The notes: generated from the sequence alone by a model not told the origin. Positions 9,256 to 18,289 are shown, counted from the first letter of the stretch. The stretch is DNA of 64,000 nt from Phycisphaerales bacterium (GCA_018644725.1 JABGPZ010000069.1:84238-148237); one strand, 5' to 3'. Numbers and translations: made by a program.

Positions 9256-10113
9256 ATGGAACAGCAAGAACTTGGAATACTTGACCTCTTGAAAATCAGG
9301 GGGCTTGATGTTACCGCAAAAGCAAAAATGCTTCGGCATCAAGACAAGCGCTTCGATGTAGATCAGCTTATTCGCGATGGCTGGCTTGAGGTGTATCAAG
9401 GCCATCAGGCAAAACCTCGCTTGAAGGGGTGTGAATATTTTTTGGCCTTCAAGGGTGATGGTGGAACCCGTGCGAGATTTCTTGGCGTGTATCGTATTTT
9501 GAAAGAACGAAAAAGTACCCGCAAGGACATGCCCAAAGGATGTCCACTGGCGAGATTTACTAATCCATGGGAATATTATTATGAGCATGAGTTGGACAAG
9601 CGTTTCGATGACCTGAGGGGCCGAATTGTAATTGAATGGGGTAAGGGGACACTTGCGTGGGCTCAGAACTTAAGAAACAAACCGATACTTGAAATTTACC
9701 CGCCTGGCCGCGTTCTTGCGCCATTTACGGATTACATGGATTTCATTTTATCGTACCAAGAGCTTCAAGACCTTATGAAGAATCCTGGGGCTCACCGCGA
9801 TTGGAAATCGAGCCTTTCGGCGGTGGCCGGGGTCTATTTGATTTGGTGTGAATCCACCGGTCAGCAATACATTGGCTCAGCTTATGGTTCGGATGGTATA
9901 TGGGGCCGATGGGAGCAGTATGCGAAGAAGGCTCACGGCGGGAATAAGCTGCTCCGGGAACTACTTAAGAAGGATCCTGATGCGGCCGAAACGTTCCGTT
10001 TTTCAATTCTGCAGGTGTTGCCAAAAACGACGAAAAATTCAGAAGTGATCCGCTGGGAAACCCAATACAAACGGAAGCTTGGCACAATTGCGATCGGATT
10101 GAACGCTAATTGA
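9256..10113 (+). CDS. Unknown N-terminal domain (~190 aa) fused to a C-terminal GIY-YIG nuclease domain; on a low-GC island
   Basis: C-terminus GVYLIWCESTGQQYIGSAYGSDGIWGRWEQY…NKLLRELLKK…IRWETQYKRKLG carries the GIY…YIG, catalytic Arg, and Glu motifs. GGGAGA RBS sits 9 nt before ATG 9256. Local GC is about 40-45% versus about 60% in flanks, with AT-rich codon usage. Confidence 0.7.
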   Translation: MEQQELGILDLLKIRGLDVTAKAKMLRHQDKRFDVDQLIRDGWLEVYQGHQAKPRLKGCEYFLAFKGDGGTRARFLGVYRILKERKSTRKDMPKGCPLARFTNPWEYYYEHELDKRFDDLRGRIVIEWGKGTLAWAQNLRNKPILEIYPPGRVLAPFTDYMDFILSYQELQDLMKNPGAHRDWKSSLSAVAGVYLIWCESTGQQYIGSAYGSDGIWGRWEQYAKKAHGGNKLLRELLKKDPDAAETFRFSILQVLPKTTKNSEVIRWETQYKRKLGTIAIGLNAN

Positions 10114-10126
10114 AAGGAGCATACTC

Positions 10127-10420
10127 ATGGGGCAATCCTATACAGCTAAATGTAAGAAGTGTGGCGAAGAGTTTGAGTGCTGTGAAGGCGATAGTTCCAT
10201 GGCCCGATTGATCAAATGCGATATGTGTGGCAAGGATTGTTGGTGCCGAAACCCTTTAAGGAAAGGGCCAGCTATCGAGATGCTAGATTTGTCCGAGAAG
10301 CCTCCAGCGCAATGTGAATGCGGCGGGAAGTTTATACTCGGAGCCCCGTCGAGATGCCCGAAATGCCGAAGCACCGAGATAGGTGTGGCTCTTGGTTACG
10401 GCGTGACCATGTATGATTGA
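10127..10420 (+). CDS. Cys-rich multi-zinc-ribbon small protein (97 aa), partner of the GIY-YIG gene
   Basis: Six Cys pairs: CKKC, CC, CDMC, CWC, CEC and CPKC. Starts 13 nt after the upstream stop with GGAG RBS. Same low-GC composition. Confidence 0.55.
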   Translation: MGQSYTAKCKKCGEEFECCEGDSSMARLIKCDMCGKDCWCRNPLRKGPAIEMLDLSEKPPAQCECGGKFILGAPSRCPKCRSTEIGVALGYGVTMYD

Positions 10421-10672
10421 CGGGCCCATGCGGATTGGGTGTTGCCCGCCGTTGGTGATCTGATTACATTCAAATTGAAGGGTGCCGTGGCCTGTAGAGC
10501 GGTACTCCGCGAGGCAGCCACGAAGATCGTATTGCATTTCAAAATTGCGAAACAGACAACGGAATACGAAGCACTATCGGCCGGGGCTTGCCTTAGTCTT
10601 TCCGCTCGCAAGCTCGCTCCAAGAACCTAAGGCCCCGGCCAATAGTGTGGGTGGTCAGCGTCGGGGGGATTT

Positions 10673-10708
10673 GTAGGGGCGGGGCTTGCCCCGCCCAGGG
10701 TGATTCAA
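10673..10708. repeat. REP-like GC hairpin element GTAGGGGCGGGGC-TT-GCCCCGCCCAGGGTGAT
   Basis: 9-10 bp perfect inverted repeat. Its 3' half (ttgccccgcccagggtgat, 19/19) is identical to unit 3 of the 412-549 tandem repeat, and both share the GTAGGG 5' box. Lies between the island and the stop of the LolA-like gene. Confidence 0.55.
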
Positions 10709-10748
10709 CGGGGCGAGGAAAAACCTATCCCCGATTTTTCCAAAATAG

Positions 10749-11654
10749 CTACGGTTTGGGTGTTGGTTTTGCAGCCGGTGTGGGTTTGGCGAGGGGTTCG
10801 CGGGTCTCGGTATAGCCGGCGGGCTTTTTGAGTTTGAACAGGGTATCGGCGAGCTTGTCGGCCTTCTTGATGTTGGAAAACGTCGCCGTCGTATAGGCCT
10901 TGTTCTTGTCGCGAGTCTTGACCTTCACGGGCAGAAACGTCTTGGTGTCGATCCAGAGTTCCATGCGGGTGAACTGGATGGACTCGGCATTTTCTGCGCG
11001 CGGCACGAGGCGCAAATAGCCGGAATTCTTCGGGTCGCTGCTGCGGGGTGCGCGCGTGGTGACCTCAAAAAGCTTGATGACGTCGTCGGCCTTTTGGCCG
11101 AAGGGCAACGGGAAGGGCCCCTTGCCGATTTTCAGCACGTCGGCCTCTTGCCCGAGGCGGACGACTTCGATGCGTGTGACGGTTTTCTGGCGGTGCTTGG
11201 CGATGTGCAGCCAGTGGCCGTCGAAAATGTAGTCGAGCTTGCTTTCGGCGACTTTGCCCTTGGCGAGCTGGAGGGTCTCAAAGCGGATCGCAAACCGCGC
11301 GGGGACTTTGAGCGTGCGGTTCTGGAAGGCGACGCTGCCGGTGCGGGTTTCCTCGTCGCCAGTGAGGCGGTCGATGACGTTGTAGTTCACGTCGGCGGTG
11401 AGGACGGGATAGTTTTTCCCTGCGAGCTCGAGCGCCTGGAGCATTTTCATCGCCAGGGGGTCGAACTTGGTCGCGGGCACGGCGGCGGCGGTGGGTAGGG
11501 GCGGCGAGGGCGGCCGAAGCAGCGGATGGGTCGGCCCGACGGCGGCGGCTTCGGGGCAGCAGGGCGCTTTGGGCGGTTCGGGGTTCGCGGCAGGTTGGGC
11601 CATGGCCAGCGAGGCCAGCAGCACGACGGTCAGGATGGTACGAAGGTGGGTCAT
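10749..11654 (-). CDS. Secreted LolA-like (outer-membrane lipoprotein carrier-like) beta-barrel domain protein with Pro-rich termini
   Basis: Signal peptide MTHLRTILTVVLLASLAMA, then a Pro-rich linker, a ~200-aa β-rich core, and a C-terminal PAAKPTPKP tail. Start overlaps the larE stop by 4 nt. Confidence 0.4.
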   Translation of the reverse strand: MTHLRTILTVVLLASLAMAQPAANPEPPKAPCCPEAAAVGPTHPLLRPPSPPLPTAAAVPATKFDPLAMKMLQALELAGKNYPVLTADVNYNVIDRLTGDEETRTGSVAFQNRTLKVPARFAIRFETLQLAKGKVAESKLDYIFDGHWLHIAKHRQKTVTRIEVVRLGQEADVLKIGKGPFPLPFGQKADDVIKLFEVTTRAPRSSDPKNSGYLRLVPRAENAESIQFTRMELWIDTKTFLPVKVKTRDKNKAYTTATFSNIKKADKLADTLFKLKKPAGYTETREPLAKPTPAAKPTPKP

Positions 11655-12484
11655 GACATGTCTTTCTGCAAAAGCATATTCAGCGAGCCGGTTTGCAGGC
11701 CCGCGAGGTCGAGGGTGATGTAGGTGTAGCCGAGGTCGGTGAGTTTTTCGCGCAGCATGTCCCGCAGGAGCGTGGCTTTGTGGAACAGCTCGGGCGGTAG
11801 TTCGATGCGGGCGACGGGGTGGTGGTCGCGGCAGCGGCAGGGCGTAAGCCCCAACGACGCGAGGGTCGCTTCGGCGAGTTCGACTCGGCGGAGGGCTTCA
11901 GGGGTGAGGCGCGTGTGATAGGGGATGCGGCTGGCGAGGCAGGCGGCCGAGGCTTTGTTCGCCAGTGCGGCGAGGTCGAAGCGCGCGGCGAGTGCGCGAA
12001 TGTCGGACTTGGTGAAGTTGGCTTCGAGGAACGGCCGAAGGATCTGGAGTTCTTTCTCGGCCACCAGGCCCGGGCGATAGTCGCCCAGATCGTCAGCGTT
12101 GGTGCCCGACGCGACGGCGGAAACGTTTCGGCGGGTGGCGATCTCCACGACCTGCGAAAAAATGTAGCGCTTGCAGTGGTAGCAGCGGTCGGGCGGGTTG
12201 GAAAGGATATCCTCTTCGGCGCAGTCGGTCATGTCGACTTCGACGAGTTCGACCCCGAGATGTGCGGCGATATTCCGCGCGGCGGCAGTTTCGCTGTCGG
12301 CGTGGATCAGTCCGGTCGCGGTCACTGCCAGCACATTTTCATGCCCGAGGGTCTCGGCCGCAATCGCGCACAGCACACCGCTGTCGACCCCGCCAGAGAG
12401 GCCGATGGCCACGCGCCCCGCCCGCGCAAGAAGGCGTTGGCAGTGAGCGAGCTTGATCTCGAGTTGGTCGGCGGTGTCGGTCAT
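11651..12484 (-). CDS. larE: PP-loop ATP pyrophosphatase, LarE-type sacrificial sulfur transferase family (TIGR00268)
   Basis: PP-loop SGGVDS, conserved catalytic Cys context CAEEDIL…CYHCK, length about 277 aa. Confidence 0.7.
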   Translation of the reverse strand: MTDTADQLEIKLAHCQRLLARAGRVAIGLSGGVDSGVLCAIAAETLGHENVLAVTATGLIHADSETAAARNIAAHLGVELVEVDMTDCAEEDILSNPPDRCYHCKRYIFSQVVEIATRRNVSAVASGTNADDLGDYRPGLVAEKELQILRPFLEANFTKSDIRALAARFDLAALANKASAACLASRIPYHTRLTPEALRRVELAEATLASLGLTPCRCRDHHPVARIELPPELFHKATLLRDMLREKLTDLGYTYITLDLAGLQTGSLNMLLQKDMS

Positions 12485-13506
12485 TTGGATTTTGCTTTGG
12501 TCGCGGGTTGAAGTTTCGCCGGGTCGCCGCCGAGTTTGCGATAGCTTTTCTCGGCGAAGTCGGCCTCGGCGGTGAGGTTGTGCTTCCTATAGAAGCTAAC
12601 GAGTTGGACGAAGCGATATTTCGGATCGCAACCACATGCGAAGCATAATTTTGCGAGGCAGTGCGGCCCCATCGCGATCGGCCGACGGTCGGATTCGTCC
12701 TGATTGTTCGATCCGCAGAGGTTGCATTCATAGGCGATGCAGTGGTACATGCCGATCATGTGCCCGGCTTCGTGGGTCGCGGTTTGCAGCGCCCGTTTGA
12801 GCGCGAGGGTCTCGATGTTTTTTTTCTGGGCGGGCGTGGCGTTGGCGGGAATCGTTGGCAGGACGCGATAGAAACTCTGGACGCCGATGCGCTCTCGCAG
12901 CGAGGCCATGCCGAAGACGAAATTCCACCCGCGCCCGGGCCAAAGGTCTGTCGCGGTGATTCCGAAGAGGCACAGCGCGTCTTTGGGAAGTTTGGGTTTC
13001 AGCAGGCGATCCATGATCCACCCGGCGAGATATTGCTTCATGCCCCATTGGGGGTGGGTGCGTCGCGCGGCGGCGGGAATGGCTTTGTCCCCGGTGGCGG
13101 GCAGGAGTTTGGCGGGGAGCTGATAGTAGAGTCCGAGAAATTCGACGGTGGTTTCGAGAATTTTTTTCTGCTGCGGCGAAAATGGCCCGATGGGTATGAC
13201 ATAGATGGTGCGTCGCTTGGCGGTGGGGACGACGGGTTTGCTGGCGACGTATTGGGCGAAGGTTTGGCCGGACTCCTTGTGCTGGCTGAGCCAGTCGCCG
13301 GGGCGCGGTTTGGCGAGTTTGGTGTGGAGCGGCGTGAGGGTGGTGATTACCCGCTCGAGATTGGTGGGGTTGCAGGGGTGCTTGGGGGTGTAGGCGGGTT
13401 GGCGGGGCGTGGTGGCCCAGAGATAGCCCCCGGCCGCGAGGGTCAGGGCGAGAAGCAGCATCAATCGAAGGCTGCGGTGGGTCCGGATGGTGTGGAGAAT
13501 GTTCAT
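12481..13506 (-). CDS. amzA: Archaemetzincin-like zinc metalloprotease (peptidase M54), secreted or membrane-anchored
   Basis: HEAGHMIGMYHC zinc motif followed by the Cys-rich CNLCGS…CLAKLCFACGC structural zinc site typical of archaemetzincins. N-terminal signal/TM. Stop overlaps the larE start. Confidence 0.7.
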   Translation of the reverse strand: MNILHTIRTHRSLRLMLLLALTLAAGGYLWATTPRQPAYTPKHPCNPTNLERVITTLTPLHTKLAKPRPGDWLSQHKESGQTFAQYVASKPVVPTAKRRTIYVIPIGPFSPQQKKILETTVEFLGLYYQLPAKLLPATGDKAIPAAARRTHPQWGMKQYLAGWIMDRLLKPKLPKDALCLFGITATDLWPGRGWNFVFGMASLRERIGVQSFYRVLPTIPANATPAQKKNIETLALKRALQTATHEAGHMIGMYHCIAYECNLCGSNNQDESDRRPIAMGPHCLAKLCFACGCDPKYRFVQLVSFYRKHNLTAEADFAEKSYRKLGGDPAKLQPATKAKSK

Positions 13507-13616
13507 AATTGTAGTATAGCCAATCGGCCGGCGGGGGCAATGGGGAAGTCGCCCGGAAAAAAGGCAAATTTAACTATTGTGGCGGTTGACCTGCTTTCGC
13601 TACAATATGCACTCAA

Positions 13617-14750
13617 ATGGCTACCACTCGAAAAACACAATCTGCAGCCGATGTTTTTGCCTCCCGCCGGACGCGACTGTATCGCCAACTGTGCAAAGAC
13701 TCCAAGGCCACCGCGTACGTTGTGACGCGTGTCGCGGACGTGCGCTATCTCACGGGCTTTAGCGGCGAGGGCCTTGTGCTGCTCGCGCCGGGCGATGACG
13801 CGCTCGTGCCCTATTGGTTCTTCGGCGAACAGGCCCAGACTGAATGCGGCGCGCAGCCCAAGCTGACCGTGGTCGACCCTACACGCAATCCCTTCGAGAA
13901 TGTGGCGAAACACATTCGCGGAAAGGGTGTGCGGGCGGTGGGAGTCCAGGCCGAAGAGCTGACGGTGGTCCGCCAGACGGCATTGCAAAAGGCCATCGGC
14001 AAAAAAACACTCACCCCCATGCCGAACCTGCAGGGGTATCTGCGTCTGCTGAAAACCGATGCCGAAGTGCGGACAATCCGCAAGGCAGTTCGCGTTGCAC
14101 AAACCGCACTGGGCGACATGGCCAATCTCGGCGCGAGCTATCTCGTCGGGCGCAGCGAGCTGGACATTGCGGCTGAATTGGAATGCCGCATGAAGCAACT
14201 CGGCGCGAACGGTCTCGGCTTTCCGTCGATTGTTGCGGCCGGTTCGAACTCCTCGCGATGCCACCATAGTCCCTCGAATCGCAAGCTCAAAATGGGCGAT
14301 CCTTTGCTGATTGACTGGGGCGCGATGGTCGGTGGCTATCGAAGTGACTTGACGCGGACGCTGTTTATGGGTACCATTCCGCCAAAGATTGCCGCGATTT
14401 ATCCGGTTGTGCTCGAAGCAAACCGCGAAGCGATCAAGGCCGTCCGCTCGGGGATCACCTGTGCGACGCTCGACGGCATCGCGCGGAAGGTGATCGAAGA
14501 CGCTGGCTATGGCAAGGAATTTTGCCACGGCCTGGGGCATGGCCTGGGACTCGATGTCCACGAACAGCCCTTTCTCGGAAAACAAAACAAGACCCGTCTC
14601 AAGGCGGGAATGCTGATTACCATCGAGCCTGGGATTTACTTCCCTGGCATCGGCGGTGTACGAATTGAAGATGACGTGCTGGTGACACCCGATGGGTATA
14701 AACTCCTCAGCACATTCCCCAAAGACCTGGACCACGTCGTACTCGACTGA
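13617..14750 (+). CDS. pepP: Xaa-Pro aminopeptidase / M24 family metallopeptidase
   Basis: Pita-bread fold motifs DWGAMVGGYRSDLTRT, HGLGHGLGLDVHEQP and GMLITIEPGIY, plus the N-terminal creatinase-like domain. Confidence 0.8.
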   Translation: MATTRKTQSAADVFASRRTRLYRQLCKDSKATAYVVTRVADVRYLTGFSGEGLVLLAPGDDALVPYWFFGEQAQTECGAQPKLTVVDPTRNPFENVAKHIRGKGVRAVGVQAEELTVVRQTALQKAIGKKTLTPMPNLQGYLRLLKTDAEVRTIRKAVRVAQTALGDMANLGASYLVGRSELDIAAELECRMKQLGANGLGFPSIVAAGSNSSRCHHSPSNRKLKMGDPLLIDWGAMVGGYRSDLTRTLFMGTIPPKIAAIYPVVLEANREAIKAVRSGITCATLDGIARKVIEDAGYGKEFCHGLGHGLGLDVHEQPFLGKQNKTRLKAGMLITIEPGIYFPGIGGVRIEDDVLVTPDGYKLLSTFPKDLDHVVLD

Positions 14751-14779
14751 CCCCTGACCGAAGGACAAGGAAAGGAATC

Positions 14780-15403
14780 ATGGCCAAAAAACCTACCAAA
14801 AAACCCGCCAAGAAAGCTACGAAGAAGAAGGCCCCTAAAAAGGCATCTCCCAAGAAGCGCGTAGCCAAGAAGGCCCCCAAGGGCGTAGCCAAGAAAAAGG
14901 CTCCCGCCAAGAAGCCCGCTCCCACAGCACCCGCGAACAAGAAGATCGCCGACGTCGAACACTTGATGTTGATGATGGCGGAATATGGCGTCACGGAGCT
15001 GAACATGGAAGACGGGAAGAACAAGATCGAGCTCAAGCGTGGCACGGTTTCCCCCGTTGCTGTTGGCGCACCAGTGATCGCTCCGGCCGTAGCTCTGGCT
15101 GCTGCTCCGGTTGCGGCTGCTCCCGCGGCTACCCCGGCCGATGCGCCCGCCGTCGATGACGGTCTGGTCGAGATCACCAGCCCGATGGTTGGCACGTTCT
15201 ATGCCGCGCCGAGCCCCGATAGCCCAGACTTCGCCAAGGTTGGCGACACCATCAACGACTCGAGCGTCGTCTGCATCGTCGAAGCGATGAAGGTGATGAA
15301 CGAAATCGAAGCCGAGTGCAGTGGCACGATTGCGGAAGTCTGCGTCAAGAAAGCTGAACCCGTCGAATTCGGGCAAGTGCTCTTCAAAGTCAAACCCGCA
15401 TAA
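14780..15403 (+). CDS. accB: Acetyl-CoA carboxylase biotin carboxyl carrier protein with ~55-aa Lys/Ala/Pro-rich histone-H1-like N-terminal extension
   Basis: Biotinyl-lysine motif EAMKVMNEIEAE and Ala/Pro-rich linker. N-terminus MAKKPTKKPAKKATKKKAPKK…. Confidence 0.8.
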   Translation: MAKKPTKKPAKKATKKKAPKKASPKKRVAKKAPKGVAKKKAPAKKPAPTAPANKKIADVEHLMLMMAEYGVTELNMEDGKNKIELKRGTVSPVAVGAPVIAPAVALAAAPVAAAPAATPADAPAVDDGLVEITSPMVGTFYAAPSPDSPDFAKVGDTINDSSVVCIVEAMKVMNEIEAECSGTIAEVCVKKAEPVEFGQVLFKVKPA

Positions 15404-15417
15404 CGCAGGAGAACGAT

Positions 15418-16761
15418 ATGATTTCTCGCGTACTGATTGCGAACCGTGGCGAAATTGCGCTACGGATCATTCGCGCCTGTAAGGAACTGGGTCTCGAAAC
15501 GGTCGCCGTCTATTCCGAAGCCGACCGCGACGCCAGCTATTTGCATCTCGCCGACGAGGCGATCTGCATCGGCAAAGGGCCCAGCGCCGACAGCTATCTC
15601 AACATCCCACGCATCATCGCGGCGGCTGAAATCGCCGACGTTGATGCCATCCACCCCGGCTACGGGTTCCTCGCGGAAAATTCGCACTTTGCCGAAATTT
15701 GCCGCGATTGCAAGATCAAGTTCATCGGCCCGACGGTCGAGAACATGGAACTCCTCGGCGACAAAATTGCCGCCAAGGCTCTTGCGCTCGAAGCCAACGT
15801 ACCGACCACGCCCGCCAGTGATGGCGCGCTCTCGACAGTGGCCGAATGCGTCGCGTGTGCCAACAAAATCGGCTACCCCGTCGCGCTCAAAGCCGCCGCG
15901 GGTGGCGGTGGACGAGGCATCCGCTTCGCCCACAACGAAGCCACGCTCCGCAGCATCTTCCCCCAGGCTGTGGCCGAGGCGGAAGTGTCGTTCGGCGATG
16001 GCCGGGTGTTCATGGAAAAATGTGTCGAGAACTTCCGCCACATCGAAGTGCAAATCCTCGCCGATGAGCACGGCAATGTGGTGCACTGCTGGGAGCGAGA
16101 ATGCTCGGTCCAGCGGCGCAACCAGAAGGTCATCGAACAGACCCCCGCGCCGGGCCTCAGCGACAAACTCCGCAAAGAAATCTGCGAAGCGTCGGTGCGT
16201 CTCTCGGCCGAGGCAGGCTACCAGAACGCTGGCACGGTCGAGTACATGCTCGACCAAAATGGCGAGTTCTACTTTCTCGAAATGAACACGCGCATCCAGG
16301 TCGAACACTGCGTGACCGAACAGGTGACCGGCATTGACCTCGTGCAGTGGCAACTCCGCGTGGCGATGGGCGAAAAACTCGCCTTCACCCAGGACGAAGT
16401 GCCGCAGGATGGCGTCGCCATTGAATGCCGGATCTGTGCGGAAGACCCCGCGAAAAACTTCATGCCCCAGCCGGGCAAGATCAGCCACTTTGTCGCCCCT
16501 GGCGGCCTGGGTGTGCGCTGGGATTCCCACGTCTATCAGGGCTACACGATTCCGCCCACCTACGACAGCATGGTCGGCAAGTTGATCGTCCACCGCGCGA
16601 CGCGCTCCGAGGCGATTGCCACGACCAAGCGCGCGCTCGATGAATTCGTCTTCGGGCCAGGCAAGACCACCATCTCACTCTGCCGGCAGATCCTCGACCA
16701 CGAGGCATTTGTCAACGGCACATGGGATACGAAGATGATCGAACGCGACATCCTGAACTAA
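15418..16761 (+). CDS. accC: Acetyl-CoA carboxylase biotin carboxylase subunit
   Basis: ATP-grasp biotin carboxylase: RVLIANRGEIALRIIRA…, EMNTRIQVEH, length 447 aa. Confidence 0.9.
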   Translation: MISRVLIANRGEIALRIIRACKELGLETVAVYSEADRDASYLHLADEAICIGKGPSADSYLNIPRIIAAAEIADVDAIHPGYGFLAENSHFAEICRDCKIKFIGPTVENMELLGDKIAAKALALEANVPTTPASDGALSTVAECVACANKIGYPVALKAAAGGGGRGIRFAHNEATLRSIFPQAVAEAEVSFGDGRVFMEKCVENFRHIEVQILADEHGNVVHCWERECSVQRRNQKVIEQTPAPGLSDKLRKEICEASVRLSAEAGYQNAGTVEYMLDQNGEFYFLEMNTRIQVEHCVTEQVTGIDLVQWQLRVAMGEKLAFTQDEVPQDGVAIECRICAEDPAKNFMPQPGKISHFVAPGGLGVRWDSHVYQGYTIPPTYDSMVGKLIVHRATRSEAIATTKRALDEFVFGPGKTTISLCRQILDHEAFVNGTWDTKMIERDILN

Positions 16762-16782
16762 GGATCTGCGACGAACGAATAC

Positions 16783-16817
16783 GCGGCGGGCTTCTAACGA
16801 AGTCCGTCGCTTTTTTT
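16783..16817 (+). terminator. Intrinsic terminator after accC
   Basis: GCGGCGGGC-UUCUAACGAA-GUCCGUCGC (two G-U wobbles) followed by TTTTTTT. Confidence 0.55.
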
Positions 16818-16938
16818 GATGGACGAGAAAACTCCAAGCCCGCCCTTGTAATATAGGCCTATAATGGGTATCATCTTGCCGAAAATATCAAACGCCGGAC
16901 GAGTGTCCAGCGCACCCCGAACCCCAGGAGATTCTGAC

Positions 16939-18165
16939 ATGACCGACCTGATCAAAGGCAACGCTGTGATCGGCCAAAGTGGTGGCCCGACCGCCGTCAT
17001 CAACCAATCCCTCGTAGGCATTGTGGAGACACTGAAGTCCTGCCGCAAAATCCCGAAGATTCTCGGCGCCAACCACGGCGTGGACGGGATCGTCAACAAC
17101 AAATTCTTCGACCTCAAGAAACTCAAGAAGGCCGAACTCGAGCGCCTCGCGCTGAGCCCCGCCGCCGCGTTGGGTTCCAGCCGCACCAAGCCCACCCCCG
17201 AATTCTGCAAGAAGATTTTCGCCAGCCTCGAAGCCAACGACGTGCGCTACTTCTTCTACATCGGCGGCAACGACTCGGCCGACACCTGCCGCATCGTCAA
17301 CGAAATGGCGAACGAGTCGGGCTATGAGCTGCGCTGCTTCCACGTCCCCAAGACCATCGACAACGACCTGCGCGTCACCGACCACACCCCCGGCTACGGC
17401 TCGGCGGCCAAGTTCGTCGCGTCGGCATTCGCTGGCGAAGACCGCGACAACGCGTCGCTGCCCGGTGTGAAAATTTCGGTCGTCATGGGCCGCGATGCCG
17501 GCTGGCTGACCGCCGCAAGCGTCCTCGGCAAAATCGACAACACTTGCGGCCCGCACCTTGTCTACGTCCCCGAAGTCGCGTTTGACGAAAAGAAATTCGT
17601 CGAAGACGTCGCCAAGACCTACAAGAAATACGGCCGCTGCCTCGTCGCTGTCTCCGAAGGCATCAAGAACAAAAAGGGCACCCCGATGGCCGTCGCCCTC
17701 TGCGAAAAAATGGGCAAGGAAATCGAACGTGACTCCCACGGCAACGCGCAGCTCTCCGGCAGCGGGATGCTCGGCGATATGCTCAGCGAACTCGTCAAGG
17801 CCAAGGCCCCGCGCAAGCTCGGCGTCAAGAGCCTCCGCGTCCGCGCCGACACCTATGGCTACCTCCAGCGCAGCTTCGCTGGCTACGCCTCGGAAGTCGA
17901 CCAGTACGAAGCCCGCATGTGTGGCAAGACGGCTGCCGAGCTCGCCATGAGCGGCAACCTCGACGGCTCGGTCGTCATGAAGCGCGCCAAGACCAAGAAA
18001 TACAAGGTCACCTTCGAACGCGCCGAACTGGCCCAGGTCGCTCGCGTGACCAAGGAACTCCCGCGCAGCTTCGTCAACAAGGCTGGCAACGGGATCACCA
18101 AGTCCTACGTCAACTACGCGCTGCCCCTCGTCGGCAAACTGCCGACCCTCGGCAAATTGTTCTAA
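16939..18165 (+). CDS. pfp: Pyrophosphate-dependent phosphofructokinase (PPi-PFK, group II/III PFK family)
   Basis: GGPTAVINQS and FFYIGGNDSADT motifs, plus a PFK-family catalytic region. AGGAGA RBS before ATG 16939; the track's 16864 start is an upstream extension. Confidence 0.8.
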   Translation: MTDLIKGNAVIGQSGGPTAVINQSLVGIVETLKSCRKIPKILGANHGVDGIVNNKFFDLKKLKKAELERLALSPAAALGSSRTKPTPEFCKKIFASLEANDVRYFFYIGGNDSADTCRIVNEMANESGYELRCFHVPKTIDNDLRVTDHTPGYGSAAKFVASAFAGEDRDNASLPGVKISVVMGRDAGWLTAASVLGKIDNTCGPHLVYVPEVAFDEKKFVEDVAKTYKKYGRCLVAVSEGIKNKKGTPMAVALCEKMGKEIERDSHGNAQLSGSGMLGDMLSELVKAKAPRKLGVKSLRVRADTYGYLQRSFAGYASEVDQYEARMCGKTAAELAMSGNLDGSVVMKRAKTKKYKVTFERAELAQVARVTKELPRSFVNKAGNGITKSYVNYALPLVGKLPTLGKLF

Positions 18166-18187
18166 GACGACGGATCGAACGATTCCA

Positions 18188-18218
18188 GCGGCGGCCTCTT
18201 CGGAGGTCGTCGCTTTTT
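18188..18218 (+). terminator. Intrinsic terminator after pfp
   Basis: GCGGCGGCCUC-UUCG-GAGGUCGUCGC (UUCG tetraloop) followed by TTTTTT. The stem design resembles the accC terminator. Confidence 0.55.
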
Positions 18219-18289
18219 TGTGGCGATTGTCCGGCCGGGCCGCTAGAATGTTTGACCCGTCGCGTTGTGCGGTGGTCCTAAGGAGATCG

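Noticed and set aside
10421-10672. Small ORFs (63-84 aa) in the tail of the low-GC island
   Set aside because: No RBS, no recognisable motifs, and mutually overlapping frames. The region may instead be non-coding (UTR or ncRNA) or decayed island sequence.
9207-10720. Classifying the island as a conventional mobile element or prophage remnant
   Set aside because: No integrase, transposase or direct-repeat target duplication could be found by eye, and no tRNA is at the junction. Only compositional evidence and a REP-like hairpin are present.
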